A DNA stretch of 64,000 nt from an uncultured Candidatus Poseidoniales archaeon (GCA_964342465.1 CAYFFQ010000001.1:279691-343690); one strand, 5' to 3'; shown: positions 37,339 to 47,302, counted from the first letter of the stretch. Made by a program: numbers and translations. The notes: a model not told the origin generated them from the letters alone.

Positions 37339-37418
37339 ATGATATTTTTCATCGGAAATGATACTTTGATAGAATATGCGGCGGAAAAATAATGATACAA
37401 ACGAACCAATTATGATAC
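37339..37418. promoter_or_regulatory. four direct copies of ATGATAY upstream of the beta-helix giant gene
   Basis: ATGATAT at 37339, and ATGATAC at 37358, 37392 and 37412. The last two are ATGATACAA exactly 20 bp apart. They lie in the AT-rich 200-bp gap after the stop at 37273. Confidence 0.4.
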
Positions 37419-37440
37419 AATTTCAATTGCAGCAAGGCAT

Positions 37441-37450
37441 TTGATTATAA
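37441..37450. promoter_or_regulatory. TATA-like box TTGATTATAA bracketed by inverted repeat AAGGCA(N17)TGCCTT
   Basis: It lies 43-52 nt upstream of ATG 37493. GGAG lies 9 nt before the ATG. The inverted-repeat arms are at 37434-37439 and 37457-37462. Confidence 0.3.
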
Positions 37451-37492
37451 CTAAGGTGCCTTTCAACAGGTTTGACCAAGGAGTCTGTATCA

Positions 37493-40400
37493 ATGAATGT
37501 GAATAATCGAACAACCAGTCTGTTTCTCGTCGTTTTGTTCTTGGCCAGTTCGCTGACGACCATCGTCAGTGTGGTGCCCGAAGCGATGCCGACAGTGGTG
37601 GCTAGCAATGAAACAACAAGCGGAACCATCACCGGTACGGAGGTGTGGCAGGGTGGGCACATTCTGTCGGGAGATGTTGAGATTGCACCGGGTGCGAAAT
37701 TGATCATCCAACCCGGAACTACTGTGACCTTCCCCAATGGCACCTTCCTCCATGTCAAGGGGAACCTCTGTGCGGCCGATACATCCTGTGGGGCGAATGG
37801 GATGGGTAGCAATTCTAGCCGCGTGACCTTCACTTGGAGCACTCCAACCAATCAATCGCAGACCGGTCGTTGTTATCGGATGCTCAATCCTGCGAGTGGA
37901 CAACCTCTGTGGCATCCCGATGCTTCCTGCTTTGAGGGTGTCTTGGTTCGTGACACGATTGATATCGCCCAAACACGATTCAACCATGTCACCATACAGA
38001 ACGCCTACGGTATGCCGAGGTATGTGCAAGACCTTGGCGAAATCAGGTGGGGTGCATTGATCCTCGATGGTGCCAGCCCAACACTGACCGAGATGAACTT
38101 CAACAACATCAACACCTCAAGTGTACTGACGTTGGACCTCGCTGCACCGATTTTCAATGGTGGAACCTTCCAAGTCGGAGTCGAGGCGGCAGTTGAAACT
38201 CTGGCTGGAAACGCAGTTCAGACCTATGGGGCAGGGAATTCAATCAGTCCGGTACAATTCAACAGTCCAGTGTTTACCGGGACTCAGAATGGCTGTTCAT
38301 CTCAGGACAACGGCAGGCATGTTCTATGGGCTCAGAAATCGTTTGTCGACATCGACCACGGAGTTGTGGCGAGTGCGGATTACGGCTACCGTTACACTGA
38401 CTCTGCCGGCACAATCCATGCCAGTACGATTCAGACAGATTGCACAGGAATTGACATCAATGGTCGATATTCCAATTTCGGCATCGACCATACTTTGGCA
38501 GTGACGAGTAATACCATCACCACCACCGACAATTCTCCTCTCACTGTATACAACCGTGCCCTATCCCATATCGCAGATAATGTGCTCAGCGGCGCCGACC
38601 AAGGTTCGGGGATTCAGGTTGTCTCCTCGGCAGCAGCCGGCCCGACCGAGGCGAGGATAACCAACAACGCTATCGGGCCCATCACCGGCTACAATGGAAT
38701 CTGGGGTGTCGGCAGTTTCGATATGGAGATTGACAACAACACCTTCACCGACATCAACCGCGAACCCCTCATCATCGGCGAGTATCACTACAGCGACAAC
38801 GGTTGGTCCGTCGACGCACCGTCATCCGCCCGCGCAGTCGTGACGGACAATGTGATTACCGGAGTCACGGGAACCTGTGATTCAGAGAAGGTTTGGGACG
38901 AGTCATTCAACTGTCCAGCATTCCACGTGTTCAGAGCCTCGGCAACCATTCAGAGGAACACCGTTTCAGGAGTGGCGGGAGATGCCATCCGCGCCATCGG
39001 TGCGCTCCTCGATGTCCGTGACAACGATTTCGATGTCGGTGGCGAGGGTGCCAAGATAGTTGACCACGGGCACATTTACGCCTCACTTGCGTTCTTCTCT
39101 GGCAACCAGTGGACCAATGTGAGCGACATAGTCTACAATGTCACCAAGAGTTCTCTGACCATTCAGTCTGAAACGATTCCACCGCTGGCCGGCCCAACCT
39201 CACCGATGCCGATTCAACTCAACTGGGATAGGGGTGAGGCATACGAATACAACAACTGGGACAATCAGGTTGTTCTTCCACCGACGACATCCATGCCACC
39301 GCGGGATTTTCCCCTCGCCCTCTCAGCGGTCAACAATTCGACGGTACTGACCTTCGCCAACATGTCGGGACTCAATCTCGCCAAGATACAGATCGCCGCA
39401 TCGCCCAGCATCTGGTCAGTCCAAGTGAGGGAAGCGGCACTGGTTCGCATCCGCGCTACTGTCGGCGGAGTCAGAGTTCCAGGGGCAACCATTCTGTTGG
39501 AAGATGCTCATGGAAACGACCTCTACAACATGCTGACAGACTCACAGGGATTCGCACCGTGGGTCGCCCTGCCCTCAGATTTCCATCTCGACATCAGGGG
39601 TAATGGCCCCAATCCCGATGGCTTCGCCGACGATGAAGGCGAGGACTCCTGTTCCGACGGGATGGATAACGACGGAGACCTGCTATACGATTCTGCCGAC
39701 CCAGATTGCGCAGCAGGCTCGTCGACACGTGAACTCTCGATGTACTTCGTCACAGCATACAAGTTCGGAAAGGGATACCACAAGTCTCAGTTCAACCTCA
39801 CAGGAACCTACGAGGACACAGTGGCGATGACCAACCTCGCTCCAACCACCGTGGTGACTCAGAGTGACGGGCATTCGTTCCTTCGGGTTGTGAACTTCAC
39901 CGGATACGCTTGGGATGGGAATGTCGGTACCGGCGTTTTCGCCACCGATGAAGTCGCCCAGTGGGCACAACAGGGGGCCGTTCAGAGAGTTGAGGTCAAG
40001 ACACCGGATTCATCGTCGTGGAGCGATGTCAGATATGCAACTGATGACAGTGGAGCAAACGGAGAGGTCACCCGCAACAACAGGCCGTTCAAGAACTGGC
40101 ATTTCGAATATGACATGTCCGACCAACCGGAAGGGGATTACACTTTCGACTTCAGAGCCTACGACGGCGTCGACCACAGCCCAATAATCACTCGCACCAT
40201 CAAACTCAACACCAATGCCCCGACGGTGAATGTAGCCTCACCTGTGAACGGGTCTATGCACAATTCTGGAAGCGTAGTCTTCTCAGGAACCGCACATGAC
40301 GATTATGCCGGCGCATTAGGGAGTGACATTCAGGAGATCCATTTCCAGATGTCGAGCCCTACTTGGCCTACCACGACCACTTCGTTGGCTCGCGACCTAG

Positions 40401-41908
40401 ATGGGAACGGAAACCCGATTGGCAGCCTAGCCGAATGGTCATGGGAGTGGGATTTCTCGGTCATGCCGAAGGTTCGTGAGACATGGATTTTCACTATCTG
40501 GGCCTCTGATTCGGGATTCTGCAAAGAGACAATCGGGTCGTGTCAATCAGTCACTTTGATGTTGGATATCGACAACAGCAACGCGGCCCCTGTGGTATCA
40601 CTGCTGGCTCCGTATGAGAATGAGGTGATTACCGCCTCACCGGACACTCTAATCAGTGGAATAGCACGCGATACCGATGGCGCGGTGAGCCGCGTCGAGG
40701 TTGTGATTCTCGACCCGCAGGATGCCCTTAGGGAACTTCCCAACTCGCCACCGTATGTCACTCAGATCGCTGAAAACGGAGTGTGGGAGACCTCTTGGGA
40801 CACCAGCAATCTCATCCATGACTTCCATTACCTGATCCGCGCTCGCTCATTTGACGGACATTCGTATAGTCAGTGGTCGGAGGTTGAGGTAATCATCCAC
40901 AACCCCTTGGACGCTGACAATCGCCCACCTGTGTTTGACAACACCGGTTGGGATGGCGAAGTGATAATCTTCTGTGAGGAAGGCAGCCAAGCATTGGACC
41001 GCTGCGGCAACGGTGGAATTGTGGACCTCGCCCCATTCTTTAGCGACGAGGATGGGGACGAACTCGCATTCGATGTTTGGGATGACCCTGATGTCATCGC
41101 CAACAGCGACCTGAATCACGACCTGCTCTGTGCCGACATCATCTCCATCGCCATCAACGGCCGAGCCACATACGACCCCGTCGGAATGTCGTTCCACACC
41201 TCCGACATGGACCTGTGGAGTTGTGAGGGCATGAAGTTCATCGCCCGAGACGGCTCTTCAACCACCTACAGCATGAATGTAGACTTCATCGTCCGAGCCG
41301 TCACCTTCTCTGTGGAACGGATTGACGGCATCGAGGAGTTGGCAGACGAGCAGACAGTCATACTCACTGGGCAGGGGCGACCTGGTGTCGAAGTTGTTGC
41401 CCGTTCCACCAACACCGGTCTGCGCCTGAACAACACACTGGTCGGTGAGGACGGCACATGGACCATTGAAATCCCGAGCCAAAAACTTGAGACCGGTCTG
41501 AACACGATAGCCTTTGAGTATGACGGTCAACAGACCGGCCAGTCACTTCCTGTTCAGGTCGGCATAGCCGAAAGTGAGGGGGGTCTCGGCTGGGTGCTCT
41601 ATGCAGCGCTCGCACTGTTCGCATTGGCTGTGCTGGTAGGTATCGGCCTCTTCTTCTTCGTGGAGTTTGAGGAAGAATTTGATGAATCAGTTGTCGACGA
41701 GGCCGCCACCCAGCACCACGAAGACCCCTATGCTTGGGGTAAGGAGAGAGAGCAGATAGGGGTCCAATCCGATGCTCATCAGGCGCAAGCGGCATATCAA
41801 CAGCAGGTGGCACAACAACACCAAGCCCAGCATGTCGCCCAACCACAACCCACCTACCCTGGCTGGAAGTGGGACCCTGAGACCAATCAGTGGGTGCCGG
41901 ACCAGTGA
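37493..41908 (+). CDS. giant surface protein with right-handed beta-helix (PbH1-like) repeats, Ig-like modules, TM anchor and Q-rich cytoplasmic tail
   Basis: Signal peptide MNVNNRTTSLFLVVLFLASSLTTIVSV. PbH1-like repeats include ITNNAIGPITGYNGIWG, IDNNTFTDINREPLIIG, VTDNVITGVTG and IQRNTVSGVAGDAIRA. Cys/Asp motif CSDGMDNDGDLLYDSADPDC (~39650-39710). TM GWVLYAALALFALAVLVGIGLFFFV. Tail runs EFEEEFDE...QAQAAYQQQVAQQHQAQ...PGWKWDPETNQWVPDQ. Confidence 0.85.
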   Translation: MNVNNRTTSLFLVVLFLASSLTTIVSVVPEAMPTVVASNETTSGTITGTEVWQGGHILSGDVEIAPGAKLIIQPGTTVTFPNGTFLHVKGNLCAADTSCGANGMGSNSSRVTFTWSTPTNQSQTGRCYRMLNPASGQPLWHPDASCFEGVLVRDTIDIAQTRFNHVTIQNAYGMPRYVQDLGEIRWGALILDGASPTLTEMNFNNINTSSVLTLDLAAPIFNGGTFQVGVEAAVETLAGNAVQTYGAGNSISPVQFNSPVFTGTQNGCSSQDNGRHVLWAQKSFVDIDHGVVASADYGYRYTDSAGTIHASTIQTDCTGIDINGRYSNFGIDHTLAVTSNTITTTDNSPLTVYNRALSHIADNVLSGADQGSGIQVVSSAAAGPTEARITNNAIGPITGYNGIWGVGSFDMEIDNNTFTDINREPLIIGEYHYSDNGWSVDAPSSARAVVTDNVITGVTGTCDSEKVWDESFNCPAFHVFRASATIQRNTVSGVAGDAIRAIGALLDVRDNDFDVGGEGAKIVDHGHIYASLAFFSGNQWTNVSDIVYNVTKSSLTIQSETIPPLAGPTSPMPIQLNWDRGEAYEYNNWDNQVVLPPTTSMPPRDFPLALSAVNNSTVLTFANMSGLNLAKIQIAASPSIWSVQVREAALVRIRATVGGVRVPGATILLEDAHGNDLYNMLTDSQGFAPWVALPSDFHLDIRGNGPNPDGFADDEGEDSCSDGMDNDGDLLYDSADPDCAAGSSTRELSMYFVTAYKFGKGYHKSQFNLTGTYEDTVAMTNLAPTTVVTQSDGHSFLRVVNFTGYAWDGNVGTGVFATDEVAQWAQQGAVQRVEVKTPDSSSWSDVRYATDDSGANGEVTRNNRPFKNWHFEYDMSDQPEGDYTFDFRAYDGVDHSPIITRTIKLNTNAPTVNVASPVNGSMHNSGSVVFSGTAHDDYAGALGSDIQEIHFQMSSPTWPTTTTSLARDLDGNGNPIGSLAEWSWEWDFSVMPKVRETWIFTIWASDSGFCKETIGSCQSVTLMLDIDNSNAAPVVSLLAPYENEVITASPDTLISGIARDTDGAVSRVEVVILDPQDALRELPNSPPYVTQIAENGVWETSWDTSNLIHDFHYLIRARSFDGHSYSQWSEVEVIIHNPLDADNRPPVFDNTGWDGEVIIFCEEGSQALDRCGNGGIVDLAPFFSDEDGDELAFDVWDDPDVIANSDLNHDLLCADIISIAINGRATYDPVGMSFHTSDMDLWSCEGMKFIARDGSSTTYSMNVDFIVRAVTFSVERIDGIEELADEQTVILTGQGRPGVEVVARSTNTGLRLNNTLVGEDGTWTIEIPSQKLETGLNTIAFEYDGQQTGQSLPVQVGIAESEGGLGWVLYAALALFALAVLVGIGLFFFVEFEEEFDESVVDEAATQHHEDPYAWGKEREQIGVQSDAHQAQAAYQQQVAQQHQAQHVAQPQPTYPGWKWDPETNQWVPDQ

Positions 41909-41978
41909 ACTACATCGGTCCACCCGACCAAACCATTGAATGTGTATGGGTGGCGAGCAGAGAGGGGGAGGTGTAGGG

Positions 41979-44498
41979 ATGACGTCAGTGAAGCCGGGTG
42001 TGCAGGAGCGAATCCTTCTACATCTGCGGGACTATGCCGACTATACCGAGAGGGTAGAGGTGCCCTTCGCTCTCTCCCAGATGGGAATAGCCAATGCAGT
42101 GGCCATCGCTCGCAGCAATGTCCCGCGCGCCATCGCTGGCCTCAAGGACAAGGGACTGTTGATTGAAAGACAGACTCATGTCACCGGTGTGACCCGCAAG
42201 CGGAAGGCCTACTTTCTGACCAGCCCTGGAATGACCGTTGCTGACGAGACTTGGGAGCGGCTCTCTTCGCATCCGCTACGAGTCATTTCCGAAGATGGAG
42301 CAGTGCAACACACGACACTTTCAAACGCCATAGAGACCACTCCGTTCACGATTCGTGCAGTTGACATTATCCGCTATATGGATGACAACGGCTTGGTCGA
42401 CCTACGCTCTCTCAATCCGGAATTGATTGAGAGGGATCTTTCCAAACATGTTGAGAAGCAACTCGTCACCTCATTGGAAGACCTGCCGAGAATCCGCAGT
42501 TTCTATGGGCGAGGAAATGAATTGAAAACGATGGTCGACCTTCTGGATGCTCGTTCGACCACAATCCTAGTCCCCGGTATCGCCGGTATAGGAAAGACCG
42601 CTCTCGCTGGAAAACTCATCGAGACCTTCACCCACAAGAGGAATCTTTTCTATCACCGAGTGCAGGATTGGGAGGGCTCACGCGCCTTCTTAGAGGCACT
42701 GAGCGAGTGGCTGGCAGCAATCGGAAATGATTCGTTAGCCACATATCTGTCTGTTACACCCGTTCCGACACCTCAGATGGCTGTTGACTTGGTTGTCGAC
42801 TCACTCGCAGATGTTCCAGCACTGGTAATAGTAGATGACCTGCACAAAGTAGCGGATGAGATTCTCTACGCGGTGATTCGCGGTCTCACCCAACGGATGG
42901 ACGACTTGGATGAGACGGGGCTCATTCTCTTCTCTCGCTCATTCCGGACAGTCGTTCCCCTCAAGGACGCAGAAGGGAAGATCACCACCCTCGTGGTACC
43001 ACTAGACGGGCTAGACAGAGAGGCGTGCAGAAACCTCCTCCCCTCCTTGGAACCTGTGGACGAGGTGACGTACCAACACATCTACGGACTTTCGCGAGGA
43101 CACCCTCTGGTCTTGGACCTCATTAACAGAGGTTCAATTGGAACGACATTCTATGAAACGCTGGAGATGTATGTGGAGAAGGAGATTTTCTCTAAACTAT
43201 CAGGCGGAGAGAAGCGTCTTCTCGGCGCCATAGCGGTGTTCCGTGAACCGATGCCACTTGAGGCACTGAGTGGCCATGACCTAGAGACCGACCTGTTGGA
43301 TGGTCTGGTGGAGAAGGGACTTGTTCGGCTTGCTGACTCGGAGATGTACGATGTTCACGACCTCATAAGAGAGTTCATGACTCGCTCGATTGACGCGGCG
43401 ATGCATACTGAATTGCACGCCCGTGCCTGTGAATGGTATCGGATGCGTCGAGAGCGGCCTGAACATCGGATTGAGTTTCTCTACCACCTGTCACATACCG
43501 GCGATTCGGACGAGTTGGGGACGGAATTGGCTGAAACCGGTGCGGAACTGGTCAACTCGGGTCATATGGAACTATATGCGACTCTTGACCATGTCTCGCG
43601 GGACGATGTGACTGATAGCACCTGGCCGGTCATCTTGGAATTGAAGGCCAATATCCTCTCAATGCAGGGTAGATGGGATGAGGCTCGAGACGATTACAAC
43701 GAGGCCATCGAGATGCTCTCTTCTTCGCGTAAGGATGAACTGATGAGAGCTAGAATCAAATCGAGCCTCGCTGATATTTCCGTGACTCAGGGCAACGCCG
43801 AGGAAGCACTCGCATTGCACAAGGAAGCACTCGAGTCCTTCATCAAACTCGATGACCCGCGCGGGGCAGCGAGAACATACAACAACATGGGCTACATCTA
43901 TCGAAGGTTGAGAGATGATAAACTTGCCATGGAAGTCTATGAGAACGTTGAGGGGCTCCTCGATTCCGAGCAGGACCCTGAACTGGTGGAATCGCGTATC
44001 AAGTTGGCGTCGGCTCTGTTGGAGATGGGAGATTCCGAGAGAGCGAAGGAACACGCCTTCAAGTCGTACGACGAGACCAACGAAGGGGATGATGCTGGAT
44101 TGGCGGCGCGCGCCCGCGCCGTGTTGGGGCGGTATTACTCTAAGACCGGCGACTCCGAACTCGCTCTTCACCACTACACCGAAGCGCTGGCGGGACTCTC
44201 AGAGGAGAGTGATAGTCACGCCGAAGTCGAAATCACCCTGCTGCTCGGTGAAGTTCTCGTCGATGCCGGCCGCAGAGAGGAAGCGATGGACTGCTATCGT
44301 GATGCACTGATGTTGGCCGAGTCGAACGACTACCGCATGCTCATCGGTGAACTGCTCGCTCGCCTCGGCGAGGCTGCTCCTGACAGAAGTCGGCGAATGG
44401 ACTACCTGCAGCGTTCACTGACCGTCTTCAGAGAACTGGGTGCGCGTGAGAGAATGCGGGACATTCAGACCAAGGTCCACCGCGCCTTGATGGGATGA
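41979..44498 (+). CDS. wHTH - STAND/AAA-type P-loop NTPase - TPR regulator
   Basis: GGAGGTG (41967-41973) lies 5 nt before ATG 41979. The N-terminal winged-helix-like segment is LSQMGIANAVAIARSNVPRAIAGLKDKGLLIERQ. Walker A is ILVPGIAGIGKTALAGK and Walker B is ALVIVDDLHKV. The C-terminal third is TPR-like (ARTYNNMGYIYRRLRDDKLAMEVYE, ELALHHYTEALAG, EEAMDCYRDALML). Confidence 0.8.
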   Translation: MTSVKPGVQERILLHLRDYADYTERVEVPFALSQMGIANAVAIARSNVPRAIAGLKDKGLLIERQTHVTGVTRKRKAYFLTSPGMTVADETWERLSSHPLRVISEDGAVQHTTLSNAIETTPFTIRAVDIIRYMDDNGLVDLRSLNPELIERDLSKHVEKQLVTSLEDLPRIRSFYGRGNELKTMVDLLDARSTTILVPGIAGIGKTALAGKLIETFTHKRNLFYHRVQDWEGSRAFLEALSEWLAAIGNDSLATYLSVTPVPTPQMAVDLVVDSLADVPALVIVDDLHKVADEILYAVIRGLTQRMDDLDETGLILFSRSFRTVVPLKDAEGKITTLVVPLDGLDREACRNLLPSLEPVDEVTYQHIYGLSRGHPLVLDLINRGSIGTTFYETLEMYVEKEIFSKLSGGEKRLLGAIAVFREPMPLEALSGHDLETDLLDGLVEKGLVRLADSEMYDVHDLIREFMTRSIDAAMHTELHARACEWYRMRRERPEHRIEFLYHLSHTGDSDELGTELAETGAELVNSGHMELYATLDHVSRDDVTDSTWPVILELKANILSMQGRWDEARDDYNEAIEMLSSSRKDELMRARIKSSLADISVTQGNAEEALALHKEALESFIKLDDPRGAARTYNNMGYIYRRLRDDKLAMEVYENVEGLLDSEQDPELVESRIKLASALLEMGDSERAKEHAFKSYDETNEGDDAGLAARARAVLGRYYSKTGDSELALHHYTEALAGLSEESDSHAEVEITLLLGEVLVDAGRREEAMDCYRDALMLAESNDYRMLIGELLARLGEAAPDRSRRMDYLQRSLTVFRELGARERMRDIQTKVHRALMG

Positions 44499-44560
44499 AC
44501 CGTCATGCTTCTGTGGGGTGAGACCATCCTTCATCTGTCACCATTCGGGGTATCTCTGTT

Positions 44561-44620
44561 CAAGTGCTCAACAGTTCTCCACTCAAGTAGTTCCGTCCAA
44601 GTGCTCGATAGTTCGCCACT
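44561..44620. repeat. 23-bp direct repeat x2 (20/23), period 37 bp, in a convergent gap
   Basis: CAAGTGCTCAACAGTTCTCCACT (44561-44583) and CAAGTGCTCGATAGTTCGCCACT (44598-44620). The second copy overlaps the TAG stop (44619-44621) of the 158-aa pilin-like gene. Confidence 0.75.
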
Positions 44621-45095
44621 AAAACCCGGGTTGGGAGGTGCGGATGGTGATGTTTCCACCCTGTGAGGTCACCCAGACCTGTTTAATCCCCGCCAATTCG
44701 ACTTCCCCTGAGTGATGCGTACTCCCAGTGCCAGAGATTGAACGAGTGGCACTCATTCCTCCCGATTTATCCTGCATCAACAACTCCTCGTCGTCAAGTA
44801 GCATTCTGAACTCCATGTTGACCGCTCCTGACAAGAGCAGGTCCACAGGCTCGGCGTAGGTGACATTTCCATCAAGACGGCTGGCACTCTCGGCTCTCTC
44901 GACTGCTGCAGCGACAGAGTCGAGATTCTCCTCCATCGCCTGTTCCATCCACACCTCACCTCTCGCATCCTGCATCTGCCAAGTTACAACGCTGAAGAAC
45001 GACATGAAGGAGAGCCACATCAGGAATGTCAGAACATATCCGAGTTCGGTTGCCGCTGCGTTATCGTCTCTGACGAACTCCTTTACTCGCCTCAT
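44619..45095 (-). CDS. small pilin-like protein (class III signal-peptide-type N-terminus)
   Basis: 158 aa. The N-terminus MRRVKEFVRDDNAAATELGYVLTFLMWLSFMSFFSVV has a basic-acidic leader followed by a ~22-aa hydrophobic helix. Its ATG overlaps the upstream stop (ATGA, 45092-45095). Confidence 0.65.
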   Translation of the reverse strand: MRRVKEFVRDDNAAATELGYVLTFLMWLSFMSFFSVVTWQMQDARGEVWMEQAMEENLDSVAAAVERAESASRLDGNVTYAEPVDLLLSGAVNMEFRMLLDDEELLMQDKSGGMSATRSISGTGSTHHSGEVELAGIKQVWVTSQGGNITIRTSQPGF

Positions 45096-47302
45096 TCTGT
45101 CACCTCGGTTGTGATTGAAATCTGACTGAGTTGCAAATTGAATTGAATCTGTTCACCGCTGGCATGGTAAATCGCTTCAGGGCTGGAGTGGGTCAGTTGC
45201 ACCCACCCCACATAGTCTGTCAGCAGGTCAACCTGACCGGGGAAGGTGAGCCAGTCGGAAGAAAAGGCCAGTTCTCTAGCTGCGTCGGCGGCTATGGCTG
45301 CACCATAAGGTCCATCCCAGCCGCGGCGGATTTCGTGGGCTTGCAGGGAGGCGAGTTGTTCTCTGAGGTCCAACCTGACAGTCATCTCGATTTCACTGCT
45401 CCCCATCGCATCTCCACTGTTTGGCATTGTTAGGGGGATGGTTGCCGCAAGACGGGGGCCCGGTCCCTCTCTCGATGGTGGCTCCTTTAGGACATCGGGC
45501 TGATACTCGGGATGATTGGTGCCGACGAAACCACCTCTGAATCCTATCTCCATTCCAGAGACAGAACTCTCAAATCGGTAATTCAACCGTGGAAGATGGA
45601 TACCCCAACCTGTTGCCAGTGTGGAGTGTGGGGCTGCCTCTTGTGGGCCGAGCACCGAGACCTCCAACCCCAACGGGTGACTGCCATCGAACCACGCCAC
45701 TCTCGCTTGAGAATCACTGGAGAGAGAGAGGTCTGTCCACGGTAGGTCAAGAAGCACCCAACCGGATGCCCAACCTGATATCGGTTGGCACCTCTCCTTG
45801 CCATCGTGTGCGACTTCCATCAACCCGTCATCACCACTCTGAACGATAATTCTGAATGGGGCATCTTTGAGCGCGTCACTTGAATTGACCGCTGTTCTCA
45901 CCAAAGTCGAGATAGGTGAAAGAGTTCTCGTGGTGCTTGTCTCTGAATCATTGAAAATGACCTGAGGAGACTCTCCTACATTCAGGTCTGTGAGAATCGT
46001 CAAACTCGTCTCCGGTGCTGCCGGTTGAATCAGAAGAATCTCGTCTCCAGTGGAAGATGGAGTTGAGAAAATGTGACTATGCCCGCTCGCTCGGCCGCTG
46101 TCCTGTGCAGGAACCACTTCCAAGGAACCACTTCTGCTGCTGCCAGTAGACTGCTCGGCTAGCCAATGGACGGTCACGGGTCCCGTTGAAGTGATTTGTT
46201 TTCCGACTCCACCCCAGTTGATTCGGGTCATCCCCTGAGCGGGAACCGTGTTGTATAGGCCATCGATTTTCACCGCCACCGATGTGGTGGCGCTGTTCTC
46301 GACCATAATGCTTCCACCAGCACCCGGAAGCGTGTGGGTGATGCCGATGCCACTTCCACCGTCATCAGGCCAGACAGTGGCCCCTGTGCCGTTCCCCCAC
46401 ACCATCAGCAGGCGGCCATCAGAGCTAGATTCGAGGTTTAGCACATCACCCTGTGCAGCATTGAATTGGGTGGACCAAGATGGCACAGAACCGCTGCTGA
46501 ATCCGTCGCCGGATGCTGAACCAGCGGCCCAAGTCACAGTGGCGAGCACATCTGTCTGGAGGTGAAGCGACACCCCTCCCTGTGGGAGTGGAACAGTCCA
46601 GGACCTGCCCTTTCCGTCTACCGAGTCAGCCCCTATCGGAGAGACGATTGTCGCACCACTGTTCCCTCTCAGGAAGAGCACTTTGAGGGGGGTGGTCGAG
46701 GTGAGCCAACTGTTCCCAGCCGTGTTGCTCTCGAGAGTTTCGCCTTGTCGCAGATTGAAAGTCTGACTGCTGGTTTCGTTGGCGAGAACCACTTCACTCT
46801 CCCACAACGATTGTTGGAGGGTTGAGATCGGTGTGGCTATGACCTTGCCACTTGTCAGGGGGAGTCGATAATTCCACTTGGCAAGACTGCTCGCCCTAAG
46901 GTCACTGAAACAGACCGATGAGGTTTCACCACTCGGGTATCTGATTCTGGCAACATCATCCAAATCGAGAAGGTCGTCGAAGCGTAATGAGGTTCCCGGT
47001 GAATATGTGGTGGTGTACCATGTACCTCCTCTAGCGAAATCCCAATCCAATTCGCCGCGGTGCGGGTGAAGCGGTATTGTCGCCTCTTCACCCGGCACTC
47101 CAGTTTCAGAGAGGCGTACGGTTTCCTCGACGAGGTCTAGCATCTGACCGGCCATCGCCTGCCTTTCGATAGAACCGTGTTTCTCCTCAATGACGGGGAT
47201 GATAGTGACCATCATCCCAGAGATGATGGTCAGCACTCCAGCGAACAGCAGAACCGTGGCGATAGCGGCTGACACCGCCTCCTCATCCATTCTTCTGCGC
47301 AT
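45092..47302 (-). CDS. large (736 aa) pilin-like protein with class III signal-peptide-type N-terminus
   Basis: MRRRMDEEAVSAAIATVLLFAGVLTIISGMMVTIIPVI resembles the archaeal type IV pilin N-terminal domain (consensus ..RAVSPVIGVILLVAITVILAA). The rest is S/T/G-rich with no other TM. Its start shares 1 nt with the upstream stop (TGATG at 47300-47304). Confidence 0.7.
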   Translation of the reverse strand: MRRRMDEEAVSAAIATVLLFAGVLTIISGMMVTIIPVIEEKHGSIERQAMAGQMLDLVEETVRLSETGVPGEEATIPLHPHRGELDWDFARGGTWYTTTYSPGTSLRFDDLLDLDDVARIRYPSGETSSVCFSDLRASSLAKWNYRLPLTSGKVIATPISTLQQSLWESEVVLANETSSQTFNLRQGETLESNTAGNSWLTSTTPLKVLFLRGNSGATIVSPIGADSVDGKGRSWTVPLPQGGVSLHLQTDVLATVTWAAGSASGDGFSSGSVPSWSTQFNAAQGDVLNLESSSDGRLLMVWGNGTGATVWPDDGGSGIGITHTLPGAGGSIMVENSATTSVAVKIDGLYNTVPAQGMTRINWGGVGKQITSTGPVTVHWLAEQSTGSSRSGSLEVVPAQDSGRASGHSHIFSTPSSTGDEILLIQPAAPETSLTILTDLNVGESPQVIFNDSETSTTRTLSPISTLVRTAVNSSDALKDAPFRIIVQSGDDGLMEVAHDGKERCQPISGWASGWVLLDLPWTDLSLSSDSQARVAWFDGSHPLGLEVSVLGPQEAAPHSTLATGWGIHLPRLNYRFESSVSGMEIGFRGGFVGTNHPEYQPDVLKEPPSREGPGPRLAATIPLTMPNSGDAMGSSEIEMTVRLDLREQLASLQAHEIRRGWDGPYGAAIAADAARELAFSSDWLTFPGQVDLLTDYVGWVQLTHSSPEAIYHASGEQIQFNLQLSQISITTEVTE

